The notes beneath the pieces are model-generated. The model searched no databases and was not told the DNA's origin. It saw only the letters and a program-made list of their open reading frames with translations. From contig JBJBCN010000002.1 of NCBI GenBank assembly GCA_047285805.1, positions 64,001-128,000 on the forward strand: a stretch of 64,000 nucleotides of DNA. Reading direction: 5' to 3'. Made by a program: the position numbers and the translations under genes. This DNA comes from Synechococcus sp. Its GTDB lineage: Bacteria > Cyanobacteriota > Cyanobacteriia > PCC-6307 > Cyanobiaceae. Below are positions 1-7,914 of this stretch, piece after piece. Within the stretch, counting starts at the first letter, position 1. Each line of letters opens with the position of its first letter.

Positions 1-29
1 TGGCAGAAAGACCAAGGTTGCTCCAAGCG

Positions 30-50
30 TGAGAACTGTTATCATTCCCA
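30..50. promoter_or_regulatory. Candidate Zur (Fur-family) operator
   Basis: TGAGAACTGTTATCA(TTCCCA) is a near-perfect 7-1-7 inverted repeat resembling the cyanobacterial Zur box TGATAATnATTATCA. It lies 16 nt upstream of the znuA-like start, with zur in the same cluster. Confidence 0.7.
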
Positions 51-66
51 AAATCGCTCCACGTAT

Positions 67-1005
67 TTGTCGCGCTTTCTGGCGCTCGCCCCTGGGGGAG
101 CTCTCGCTGCCGGCTTGGCAGCTTTTTCACTTGGGCCGATCGCGGTCGCTCAACCCATTCCGTCTGTGGTAGCGGCGAACGGGATTCTTTGTGATCTTGT
201 TCGAGTTGTCGCAGGCGCAGATGTTTCTGTCGTCTGCCTTGTCCCGAACGGGGGTGACCCTCACGATTACCGATTAACCGCTCGTGATCGATCGGCGATT
301 CAGTCGGCTTCGGTGGTTTTCCTCAACGGTTACCAGTTGAGCCCCGCCTTGGATCGGATCGGGCGTCTGAAGCGGACCGTCAAGGTTGCTGAAGTGGCTG
401 TGCCCTCGAGCCCTCGCCGCGACCCGCATGTTTGGCACGACCCCATGCAAGCGGCGTCGATGGCGACTGTGGTTTCGAATCAACTCAAGGGTCTTGTTCC
501 ATTACAGACGGTCGCCGGGATCGGTGCCCGCGCGTCGCGAGTGCGTTCCGAGCTGAAGCGGTTGGACAAGTGGGCTTCTAGTCAATTCGACACGATTCCC
601 AAAAGCCATCGCGTGATCGTCACCGAGCATGACGCGCTCTCTTCTATGGCTACGCGCTACAAAGTTCGCTACTTGCCCCTCATGCAATCGTTCGCATCGG
701 GTGGCCCCTTGCGTCCAAGCAGCCTCGGTTTCATTGTGCAGGCTGCACAATCATCAGGGACCAAGTATCTCTTTTCTGAAGCAAAGAATCCCTCCAAAAC
801 TCTCAGGCGAATTAGCAAGGTTTCTGGAGTTCCCATTTATCGGTCTCAATTCCTGTCCGTTGATGGTGTCGCGAATGGCGGGACGTATGTCTCGACATTT
901 GTCTCCAATGTTTGCTCGGTGGTGACGGCCCAGGGTGGCGTGTGTGATCGCACTTCAGGAGACGCTCTTGCGGCTCAGTGGAAGGCCTTGGGTCGTTCTC
1001 AATAA
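67..1005 (+). CDS. znuA: Metal (likely Zn) ABC transporter substrate-binding protein, cluster A-I
   Basis: Signal peptide; DPHDY, DPHVWHDP, TEHDA and VDG ligand motifs (His,His,His,Asp); TTG start. Confidence 0.85.
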   Translation: MSRFLALAPGGALAAGLAAFSLGPIAVAQPIPSVVAANGILCDLVRVVAGADVSVVCLVPNGGDPHDYRLTARDRSAIQSASVVFLNGYQLSPALDRIGRLKRTVKVAEVAVPSSPRRDPHVWHDPMQAASMATVVSNQLKGLVPLQTVAGIGARASRVRSELKRLDKWASSQFDTIPKSHRVIVTEHDALSSMATRYKVRYLPLMQSFASGGPLRPSSLGFIVQAAQSSGTKYLFSEAKNPSKTLRRISKVSGVPIYRSQFLSVDGVANGGTYVSTFVSNVCSVVTAQGGVCDRTSGDALAAQWKALGRSQ

Positions 1006-1040
1006 ACCTACTACCCGAGCTCAAAAACAACTTAACTTCC

Positions 1041-2015
1041 ATGCAAAAACTTCTGATTGGTCTCTCCAAAAAACTCGCTGTCGGCCTCGGTTGCGTTGCA
1101 TCCTTCACGCTCCCTGCCTCTGCACATGGCGGAGCGGAAGGCTCTGATCTAAAGCCTGGTGAATACAAAGCCTCTCCCATCCTCACGATTGAGGGCCACG
1201 GTGGTCTGGAAAACAATCTTCAGGGCCAACCAAGGCACTACGCCATTGACGGTCTGTTTGGAACGGTCCTGGAGTGGGGCCTGAGCAACGAGGGCAGTTT
1301 TGCGATTGAGGCGGCTATCGGGCCGGCGCTGGTTTGGGGTGAAGCGGAGCACTTTTATGGTCAAGTCCATATTCATGGGGCTGAAGAGGCGCATGAAGAT
1401 GAACATGAAGACGAGGACCATGCCGAAGAAGAAGGCCATGACGATGAGGTCGTGACATCGGCTAGCCCTTGGAGACGTACGGATATCAAGGGCTATCTCT
1501 CTGCTCGCTACCAGCCGAACAAAAATTTAAGCATTCAGGCCACCTACAAGCCCTACTACATCACACGTACACAAGACGAAGATAAGCTTGGTCTTCGCAA
1601 CGAAGTGCAGGCTGGTGCTACATACGCATTTGGCGATGGTGACGTCAACTTCGCCCTTGGAGATGGCTTGGAAAATATTGTTGACGGCATTTTTGTGTCT
1701 GCCTACAACAACACCGGTTGGGACAGCGATGGGACCTATCTGGGTAACTACACCGACACCTGGGCTGGGTTTGGCTTTAATTACGACAAGCTCAATGTGA
1801 CTCTCTCGGGCGGTCCTCGCTTTTACACCCCTGGTAGCTACGCCAACCTCCCCCAGCGCACGGACTGGGGTGGTGAGATCGAATTCGAGTACCCGATCGC
1901 TGAGAACGTTGTTGCCTTTGCCCATTGGGAAGCGATATACAGCTCTCAAAATGGAGAAGGTTGGGGTGTCGGGTTCCAGCACCACATCGGCACGGGTGTC
2001 AGTTTCCGCTTCTAA
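1041..2015 (+). CDS. Putative outer-membrane beta-barrel protein with His/Glu/Asp-rich insert
   Basis: Signal peptide ending ASA-HGG; alternating Gly/aromatic beta-strand pattern; C-terminal GTGVSFRF beta-signal; HIHGAEEAHEDEHEDEDHAEEEGHDDE insert. Confidence 0.7.
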   Translation: MQKLLIGLSKKLAVGLGCVASFTLPASAHGGAEGSDLKPGEYKASPILTIEGHGGLENNLQGQPRHYAIDGLFGTVLEWGLSNEGSFAIEAAIGPALVWGEAEHFYGQVHIHGAEEAHEDEHEDEDHAEEEGHDDEVVTSASPWRRTDIKGYLSARYQPNKNLSIQATYKPYYITRTQDEDKLGLRNEVQAGATYAFGDGDVNFALGDGLENIVDGIFVSAYNNTGWDSDGTYLGNYTDTWAGFGFNYDKLNVTLSGGPRFYTPGSYANLPQRTDWGGEIEFEYPIAENVVAFAHWEAIYSSQNGEGWGVGFQHHIGTGVSFRF

Positions 2016-2064
2016 GGCGTAGTGCTGAGATCCGTCTAGCGTGAACTGACTACTCCGAAACGCT

Positions 2065-2757
2065 TTGCTTCGCGTCCGCAACCTCTGCGTCCATCGCGGT
2101 CAGCAATTGGTCTTGGACCATCTCTCCTTTCAGATCAACCAAGGCTCCTTAGTCGCCTTGGTTGGCCCGAATGGAGCAGGAAAAACCACTCTGCTTCATG
2201 CCCTCGAGGCCCAGTTACCGGTGACCTCAGGTTCCATGGAATTGGCTGGTTCTCCGTTAACACCACCCCTAGCTCGCAGCCAGATCGCCCTAATGCCCCA
2301 GCGGGGAACTATCGACTGGAGCTTCCCCATCACGGTCCAGGACTTGGTCTCCCTGGGACGACTGTCTGGCCGTCGACCAGGCTGTTGCGACGTTGATGCG
2401 GCGCTGCAACGGGTTGGTCTTGCTGGATTGGGTAGGCGTCGATTGGATGAACTCTCAGGCGGTCAGCAGCAACGTGCTCTTTTGGCCCGAACGTTGTTGC
2501 AGCCGGCAAATCTCTTGCTTCTCGACGAGCCCTGTGCCGCGATTGACCCTCCCTCTCGCACCAACCTGTTGCAGGTGATGCGTCAACTCTGCGATTCAGG
2601 CTTGACCCTCGTCGTCAGTAGTCACGACTGGGGCAGTGACCTGGATCGTTACGATCAGGTGCTCGTGTTGGATCGTGCCCTGCTGGCTCAAGGGCCTCCT
2701 GAGACGGTCCGGCGCTCATTGGGTGATTTGAGAGTCGGCCACGACTGCTGTGGTTAG
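2065..2757 (+). CDS. znuC: Metal ABC transporter ATP-binding protein
   Basis: Walker A GPNGAGKTT, signature LSGGQQQR, Walker B LLLLDEP, H-loop SSHD. Confidence 0.85.
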   Translation: MLRVRNLCVHRGQQLVLDHLSFQINQGSLVALVGPNGAGKTTLLHALEAQLPVTSGSMELAGSPLTPPLARSQIALMPQRGTIDWSFPITVQDLVSLGRLSGRRPGCCDVDAALQRVGLAGLGRRRLDELSGGQQQRALLARTLLQPANLLLLDEPCAAIDPPSRTNLLQVMRQLCDSGLTLVVSSHDWGSDLDRYDQVLVLDRALLAQGPPETVRRSLGDLRVGHDCCG

Positions 2758-3155
2758 TCACGTGGCCGGGACTTGCACTGCTCGCACAGGCCAAAAAACT
2801 CCAGGGTGTGGAAGAGCAGTGCGAACCCCTGGCTGTCTTCCGTCTCGAGGTCGACATGATGCACAGGGCAGCGCTTGAGCACAGCCGTTGTGCCGCAGTC
2901 AACGCAGGTGATGTGGTGTTCGTCTCGCCCCAACGGGGCAAACAGGGCTTCGCCGCTGGGGAGATGTCTGCAGCGGATCTGTCCCCGTTGCTGCAGTTGG
3001 CGCAGGTGCCGGTAGACCGTGGCCAGTCCCATCGGACTGTTGCTGGCCCGGAGACGAGCGTGCAAGTCCTGCCCGGACAGCTCTTGGTTGGCCTCCTCCA
3101 AGTGCTGGATGATCAGCTGCTGCCGCTCGCTAATGCCGGCAACCTGGGAGGGCAT
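2754..3155 (-). CDS. zur: Fur-family regulator, Zur type
   Basis: GLATVYRHL helix, HHITCVDCG and C-terminal CEQC (two CxxC); context within a znu cluster. Confidence 0.88.
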   Translation of the reverse strand: MPSQVAGISERQQLIIQHLEEANQELSGQDLHARLRASNSPMGLATVYRHLRQLQQRGQIRCRHLPSGEALFAPLGRDEHHITCVDCGTTAVLKRCPVHHVDLETEDSQGFALLFHTLEFFGLCEQCKSRPRD

Positions 3156-3187
3156 GCGCTTCCGCCTTGGACGTAATTCCAGATCCT

Positions 3188-3979
3188 ATGGCTGACTCTT
3201 GGTGGCTCACACCCTTCGGGATCGCCCTGGTGGTGGGCATGCTCTGTCCCTTGGCGGGAACGGCACTGTTGGTGCAGCGCCGGCTCTTTCAGGTCAATTT
3301 GATTTCCCATGCGGTGCTGCCTGGGCTGGCCATCGCCCTCTTTTGGGGCATTGAACCGGGACTGGGTGGATTGATTAGCGGGGTGTTGTTTGCCTTGGTG
3401 GCCGAGCGGATGACCAGCGCTCTTCCCCAGGGGGATCGCAACCGGGAGGCCGTCCTGAATTCGGTCTTGGCCGGATCGCTGGGCCTTGGCGTTCTGCTCA
3501 TTCCCTTGTTGGGGATTCGGGTGGATCTCGAGGCTGTGCTGTTTGGGGACCTCCTGGCCGCGGGTCCCCGTGAGCTGATCCAAAGCCTCTTGGCCTTCGC
3601 CGTGATCGTGATGCTCTTGACGCTTCGCTACCGGCAGTACGTCTATCTCGGGGTCGACCCTGTGGGCGCCCAGGCCGCTGGTTTGCGGGTGAATTCCCTG
3701 CGTTTCTTGCTGACGCTCGTGGCCGCGGTGGCGGTCGTGAGCGCGGTGAGCGCCGTTGGCATTGTGTTGGTGGTGAGTCTCATGGCGGCGCCGGCCCTCT
3801 TGGCGATGCCCAAGGCCAGGAGTCTCCGGCAGGCCCTGTTGCGCTCAGCCCTTTGGGGATTGCTGATCTCCGGCGCTGGTTTCGTTGTTGCGGTGCAACC
3901 TGCGATCAACCTTCCCCCCGGGCCCGTGATTGGGTTTGTGTGCATGTTGACCCTGCCCTTGCAGTTATTGCGCCGGTAG
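3188..3979 (+). CDS. znuB: Metal ABC transporter permease (ABC-3)
   Basis: ISHAVLPG motif, LFGDLL, multiple TM helices. Confidence 0.85.
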   Translation: MADSWWLTPFGIALVVGMLCPLAGTALLVQRRLFQVNLISHAVLPGLAIALFWGIEPGLGGLISGVLFALVAERMTSALPQGDRNREAVLNSVLAGSLGLGVLLIPLLGIRVDLEAVLFGDLLAAGPRELIQSLLAFAVIVMLLTLRYRQYVYLGVDPVGAQAAGLRVNSLRFLLTLVAAVAVVSAVSAVGIVLVVSLMAAPALLAMPKARSLRQALLRSALWGLLISGAGFVVAVQPAINLPPGPVIGFVCMLTLPLQLLRR

Positions 3980-5278
3980 CCAAAAAGCCTGCTTGATCGG
4001 TTTGTCCAGGACCTTCAACGCCAAGGTGGAGGCCTGAAGCTCTGCCGCACGCCCCAGTGACTCCTTGGGATTGCGCAGGGCCAGCAGCAGCACATCTCGG
4101 GTGGGATCCAAGGCAAAGCCACTGCGCATTTCCAGTTCCCATCCTTTGAGTTCGCGCTGGGTTTGGACGACGCCCGATCGGTTCATCACTACGACGCGCG
4201 GGGTTTGGCTGTTGGTCGCTTGGTCCCAGTGGGTCAGCAAGAGCCAGATGCGTTCCCCGCTGCGTTCGCAGGCCGTTCCCATCACGGCATCCAGGCCAAT
4301 CCAGAGCTGCTTGGGGGGTTGCCCGGGCTCCAGCAGTTCAACGGATTGGCGGTAGTCCGGCCATCGCCGCGTCAGTAACGCTCGGCCCCCCGTTGGACAA
4401 ACACTGCTCAGGTCGCGGCTCCCCGGCAGGAACTGCCGTCGCGGTGGGTGGCCCGGGAGGTTGCTCAGCACCAGGCCATCGGCCTCGGGCGCAATCAGTG
4501 CTCCGCCTCCCGGAAGCAGCTGAGCCGTTCCTGAGGCGTCCAGATCGAGGCGCCTGCGTTGCCCATTGGCTTGGATCAACGACGTGAATGAGCGGGCGAA
4601 CCCTGGAGCTCCCCACTGAATCAACAGATCGCCTTTTCTGTTGCTGCTGAAGTGGCTGAAGGTCAGTGGACTCTCGAGCAGTCGCTTGATTCCCTTCACG
4701 ACAAGGGATTGGGGCTTGGACGCAAAGGTGGCCTGTTGATCGAGTTCAAGCAGCCAGGTCTCTTCAGTGCGCCCGCCACTGGTGCTGAAGGCAATTCCCG
4801 CTCCATTGCCGAGGGGCTCCACGGAGGTGATGGGGCCGTTGGCTTCGCTCAGGAGTCTCCAGTGGCCATCGCGTCCAAGGAGCTCGAGTTGGTCCCCTTG
4901 GGGGCCAGGACTGACGACCACCAGCCAGGGCCTGGGATCCCACCAGAACTGTTGTTGAGCGAGAGCAACACCGCGTTGATCGGCTCCCCTCAGGACGACC
5001 TTCAAGGGGGCTGTGATGGTTTGTCCTGGATCCAGCAACAGGCGCAGAAGATTGCCGCTGCCCAGCCATTGGTGGGTCAGCGCCGGCTCCAGCTGGCTCG
5101 TCTTGGCCACGCTGGCTCGCTCCATGGGCCGGCTGAATTTCGCGCTGAGCGCTGCAGGTCCAGAGGCGACGGTGCTGGATTCCAACCGGCGGAGTTGGGG
5201 CGGCCTCTGCAGCAGAACCTGTTGCTGCAGTGCGGATAGGGCCAGTCCAGCCGCCAGGAACCAGCGCAGTTGTCTCAT
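3965..5278 (-). CDS. Exported protein with Ig-like N-terminal domain and probable beta-propeller
   Basis: N-terminal hydrophobic segment (MRQLRWFLAAGLAL), FSRPM Ig-like motif; ATGA overlap with the upstream gene fixes the start at 5278. Confidence 0.6.
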   Translation of the reverse strand: MRQLRWFLAAGLALSALQQQVLLQRPPQLRRLESSTVASGPAALSAKFSRPMERASVAKTSQLEPALTHQWLGSGNLLRLLLDPGQTITAPLKVVLRGADQRGVALAQQQFWWDPRPWLVVVSPGPQGDQLELLGRDGHWRLLSEANGPITSVEPLGNGAGIAFSTSGGRTEETWLLELDQQATFASKPQSLVVKGIKRLLESPLTFSHFSSNRKGDLLIQWGAPGFARSFTSLIQANGQRRRLDLDASGTAQLLPGGGALIAPEADGLVLSNLPGHPPRRQFLPGSRDLSSVCPTGGRALLTRRWPDYRQSVELLEPGQPPKQLWIGLDAVMGTACERSGERIWLLLTHWDQATNSQTPRVVVMNRSGVVQTQRELKGWELEMRSGFALDPTRDVLLLALRNPKESLGRAAELQASTLALKVLDKPIKQAFWLPAQ

Positions 5279-5958
5279 GGTTCGAGGGGTTGCTCGGGCC
5301 GTGGGATCGCTCGGATCTCCTCGGCGAGCACGATGCTCTGACTCGATCCACTGGTGGTGGTCTCCACGGCCATTTGGCCGCGGATCGAGAGCCAGGTGTC
5401 GCGTTGGGGTTTGTAGTCCTCCGGCCACCGAATGGGAAGGCCAATCGGAGTGGCATCCGCCAGGCAGCAGCGCACCGTCAGGCGACCCAATTGGGGGCGG
5501 CCCCCGTTCGGGGTGTACACGAAGCCGCTGATGTTGACGGGATCACCGACATAGAGCTGGGGGTCGGGTTGGCTGCGCAATAACCGCACCCAATCGGTCA
5601 AGGTCCGCTGCGAGGGGGGGAGGACAAATTCCAGCTCCGACGTCCCATTGAAGGCCTCACTGCGACTGGCGGCGAGATCGCTGAAGGACGGATTCGGTGG
5701 TGCCAAGAGAACCGCGATAGCCATCGCGCTGCTGAACAGCCAGGCCCGTTGGGTTTGGACGGACTCACGCCCTGCGGCGGGCTGAAGCCATTGCTGAAGG
5801 GCCAGGGCCAAGAGGGCGACACCGCAGATCCCCACCAGGGGATGGAAGGCGCCCCTCAGCAGAAGGTCCAGGCGCCCGCTCAGGGTGCTCAGCACTAGGG
5901 CGGCTCCCCAGAGTCCCAAGGTCAGCGGGCGGATCAGAGCAGCCAAAGGTTGACCCAT
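5275..5958 (-). CDS. TIGR03943/DUF1980 (YcgQ-like) putative permease subunit
   Basis: Three N-terminal TM helices, V-x-ISGFV, GRLTVRCCLADA motif, W-x-x-I-x-G; start approximate. Confidence 0.75.
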   Translation of the reverse strand: MGQPLAALIRPLTLGLWGAALVLSTLSGRLDLLLRGAFHPLVGICGVALLALALQQWLQPAAGRESVQTQRAWLFSSAMAIAVLLAPPNPSFSDLAASRSEAFNGTSELEFVLPPSQRTLTDWVRLLRSQPDPQLYVGDPVNISGFVYTPNGGRPQLGRLTVRCCLADATPIGLPIRWPEDYKPQRDTWLSIRGQMAVETTTSGSSQSIVLAEEIRAIPRPEQPLEP

Positions 5959-6884
5959 TGCCCCAGTAGCAACACAACAACACTGGCTCCAATCGCGGTG
6001 ATCGCGATCGCTTTGGGCCGCATGATCACCCCAAATAACCCCAGCAATTTGAGGTCCACCACCGGCCCCAGCACCAGAAAGGCCAGCAGCGCGCCCGGTG
6101 TGATTTGAGCGGCGAAGCCCAGCGCCAGAAAGGCGTCCACGCTTGAGCACACCGAAATCACCACCGCCATCAACATCAAGCTGAGGATTGAGAGGGTCGG
6201 TGCTCCTCCGACCGCCAGCAGCCAGCTGCGAGGCAGAAGGGTTTGGACGGTGGCGGCGATCAAGCTGCCCAGGATCAGCAACACCGCCAGGTTGAGAAAC
6301 TCCCTCGTGCTGTGCTCGAGAACCGTCCTCAGGCTGGGCCGACTGGGCTCGGCTCGAGGGGGCGGGGGTGTGCCAAGAACGCCACCTTTGCGCTCCAGCA
6401 GGCTGGCTTCCTCGAGCGGCTGGCTGAGCCGGCGCTCCGCCAGGAGGCTCCTTTCCAGCAGTTGCCCCTCGGGCAGCCGCTGCAGCACGCCTGAGAGGAC
6501 CACGGCCACCAAGAGGGCGCCGAGGGGGCGAGCGGCGATCAACCAGGGCTGATCGGGGAAGGCCGCCCAGGTGCTGGCCAACACGATGGGGTTCAGGACC
6601 GGGGCCGCGAACAAAAAGCCCAGTGCCGAGCCCATCGAAGCGCCGCCCGCGAGCAGCCGCCGGGCGACAGGGACGTTGCCGCATTCGCAGGCTGGCAGGG
6701 CAAAGCCCAGGGCGGCACCGCTGAGGGGCGCCAAGATTGGCTGGTCCGGCAGGCGCTGCAGCCAACGGCCACCCGGCGCGATCCAGCGCGCCAAGCCGGC
6801 AATGAGGACCCCAATGAAGAGAAAGGGCAGGGCCTCAATCAGAAGCCCTTGGAAGATCGCCCAAATCGTCGCGATTTGAGCCAA
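5934..6884 (-). CDS. DUF318 (YcgR/ArsP-like) permease
   Basis: EALPF, PACECGNVP, FLFAAPVLNP, SVCSSVDAF and FLVLGP motifs; polytopic membrane protein. Confidence 0.85.
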   Translation of the reverse strand: MAQIATIWAIFQGLLIEALPFLFIGVLIAGLARWIAPGGRWLQRLPDQPILAPLSGAALGFALPACECGNVPVARRLLAGGASMGSALGFLFAAPVLNPIVLASTWAAFPDQPWLIAARPLGALLVAVVLSGVLQRLPEGQLLERSLLAERRLSQPLEEASLLERKGGVLGTPPPPRAEPSRPSLRTVLEHSTREFLNLAVLLILGSLIAATVQTLLPRSWLLAVGGAPTLSILSLMLMAVVISVCSSVDAFLALGFAAQITPGALLAFLVLGPVVDLKLLGLFGVIMRPKAIAITAIGASVVVLLLGQWVNLWLL

Positions 6885-6908
6885 GGGCGCTCGCTAGGTC
6901 GGGAGCCC

Positions 6909-7367
6909 TCAGTCTCGCCCCATCAGCGCGGCGGGGGAACCACCTGTGCCCTGGCTTGCCGTGGACGGAGGGGCGGGGTCTTGGGCGACCTCGCTGTAGA
7001 AGCTCGTATCCAGGTTGCTCAGTAAATAAGGACGGTTGGTCTCGAAGTGCAGGTGGGGGCCGGTGGTCCAGGCGCCGGTGTTCCCGCAAAGCCCGATCAG
7101 GTCACCCCGCTTGTAGTTGCCCGGGGCCTGGGTGCTGTGCAGGTGGCTGTAGCTGGTTTCGAGGCCGTTGTTGCCCACTAGCACCACGGTGTTGCCGTGG
7201 GTGTGGCTGCGGACCACGGAGGCCACACCGTCATGGGCCGCGCGCACCGGAGTGCCAACGGCGCAGGCGATGTCCAAGGCCGGATGCTCAGCGTGGGCGT
7301 CTTGGGTCACAACCCCTGGCATGGGATTGAGCAACTGCAGTGCTGGAACCAGGAGTGCAACGGGCAA
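6909..7367 (-). CDS. M23-family metallopeptidase (stand-alone domain)
   Basis: HPALD (HxxxD), GTPVRA, YSHL, GNTG-x-x-TGPHLHFE (HxH). Confidence 0.85.
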   Translation of the reverse strand: MPVALLVPALQLLNPMPGVVTQDAHAEHPALDIACAVGTPVRAAHDGVASVVRSHTHGNTVVLVGNNGLETSYSHLHSTQAPGNYKRGDLIGLCGNTGAWTTGPHLHFETNRPYLLSNLDTSFYSEVAQDPAPPSTASQGTGGSPAALMGRD

Positions 7368-7450
7368 GAAAAAGCTTTCGCGAAATCGAAAGCGAATCTT
7401 AAGTTGCGACCCCTGAGACTTGAATGTCGCCTATGCGACAGGATTGGGTC

Positions 7451-7876
7451 TCAATCGGGATGGCTGTTGCAGGGCATCCAGCCAGAGCCCATCCGATGGG
7501 CGCCGCTGCAGCCGAGGGTTCGGGCTTGATCGAGGGCCTCCTGCTGGCTGGGATAGAGCCTGAGTTCCTTGGCGGCCGGTCGGTGGGCGTGGGCCTGGCT
7601 GGGGTCTGGGCTCCACGTCCAAAGCCCCATCGCGTTCAGTCCAGCGACGGCCACGCCCATGCCGACGAGGCAGGCATTGAGCACGCCCATGCCGACAACC
7701 CCCAGGCTCACCACGCCCATGGGCACCACGCCAATGCTCACCACACCCATGGGCACGATGCCGATGGAGACGATTCCCAGCGGCGCTATGCCAATGGCCA
7801 CGCGTTTGGGCGGGGCCGAGCAGCTCGAAGTAATGAAGGTCTGGGTCTCGGCCTGACGTTCAGGACTGCGGACCAT
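7451..7876 (-). CDS. Hypothetical protein: Gly-period-5 hydrophobic repeats plus C-terminal DUF3721-like domain
   Basis: GIAPL GIVSI GIVPM GVVSI GVVPM GVVSL GVVGM repeats; C-terminal GCSGAHRMGSGWMPC. Confidence 0.7.
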   Translation of the reverse strand: MVRSPERQAETQTFITSSCSAPPKRVAIGIAPLGIVSIGIVPMGVVSIGVVPMGVVSLGVVGMGVLNACLVGMGVAVAGLNAMGLWTWSPDPSQAHAHRPAAKELRLYPSQQEALDQARTLGCSGAHRMGSGWMPCNSHPD

Positions 7877-7914
7877 GGGCGCTCCTGCGATCGCGCCATC
7901 CTGCTGCCGATGAA

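Noticed and set aside
5959..6765. Long N-terminal extension of the 496-aa ORF 5275..6765
   Set aside because: It overlaps the DUF318 permease in another frame; only the C-terminal ~228 aa are family-like.
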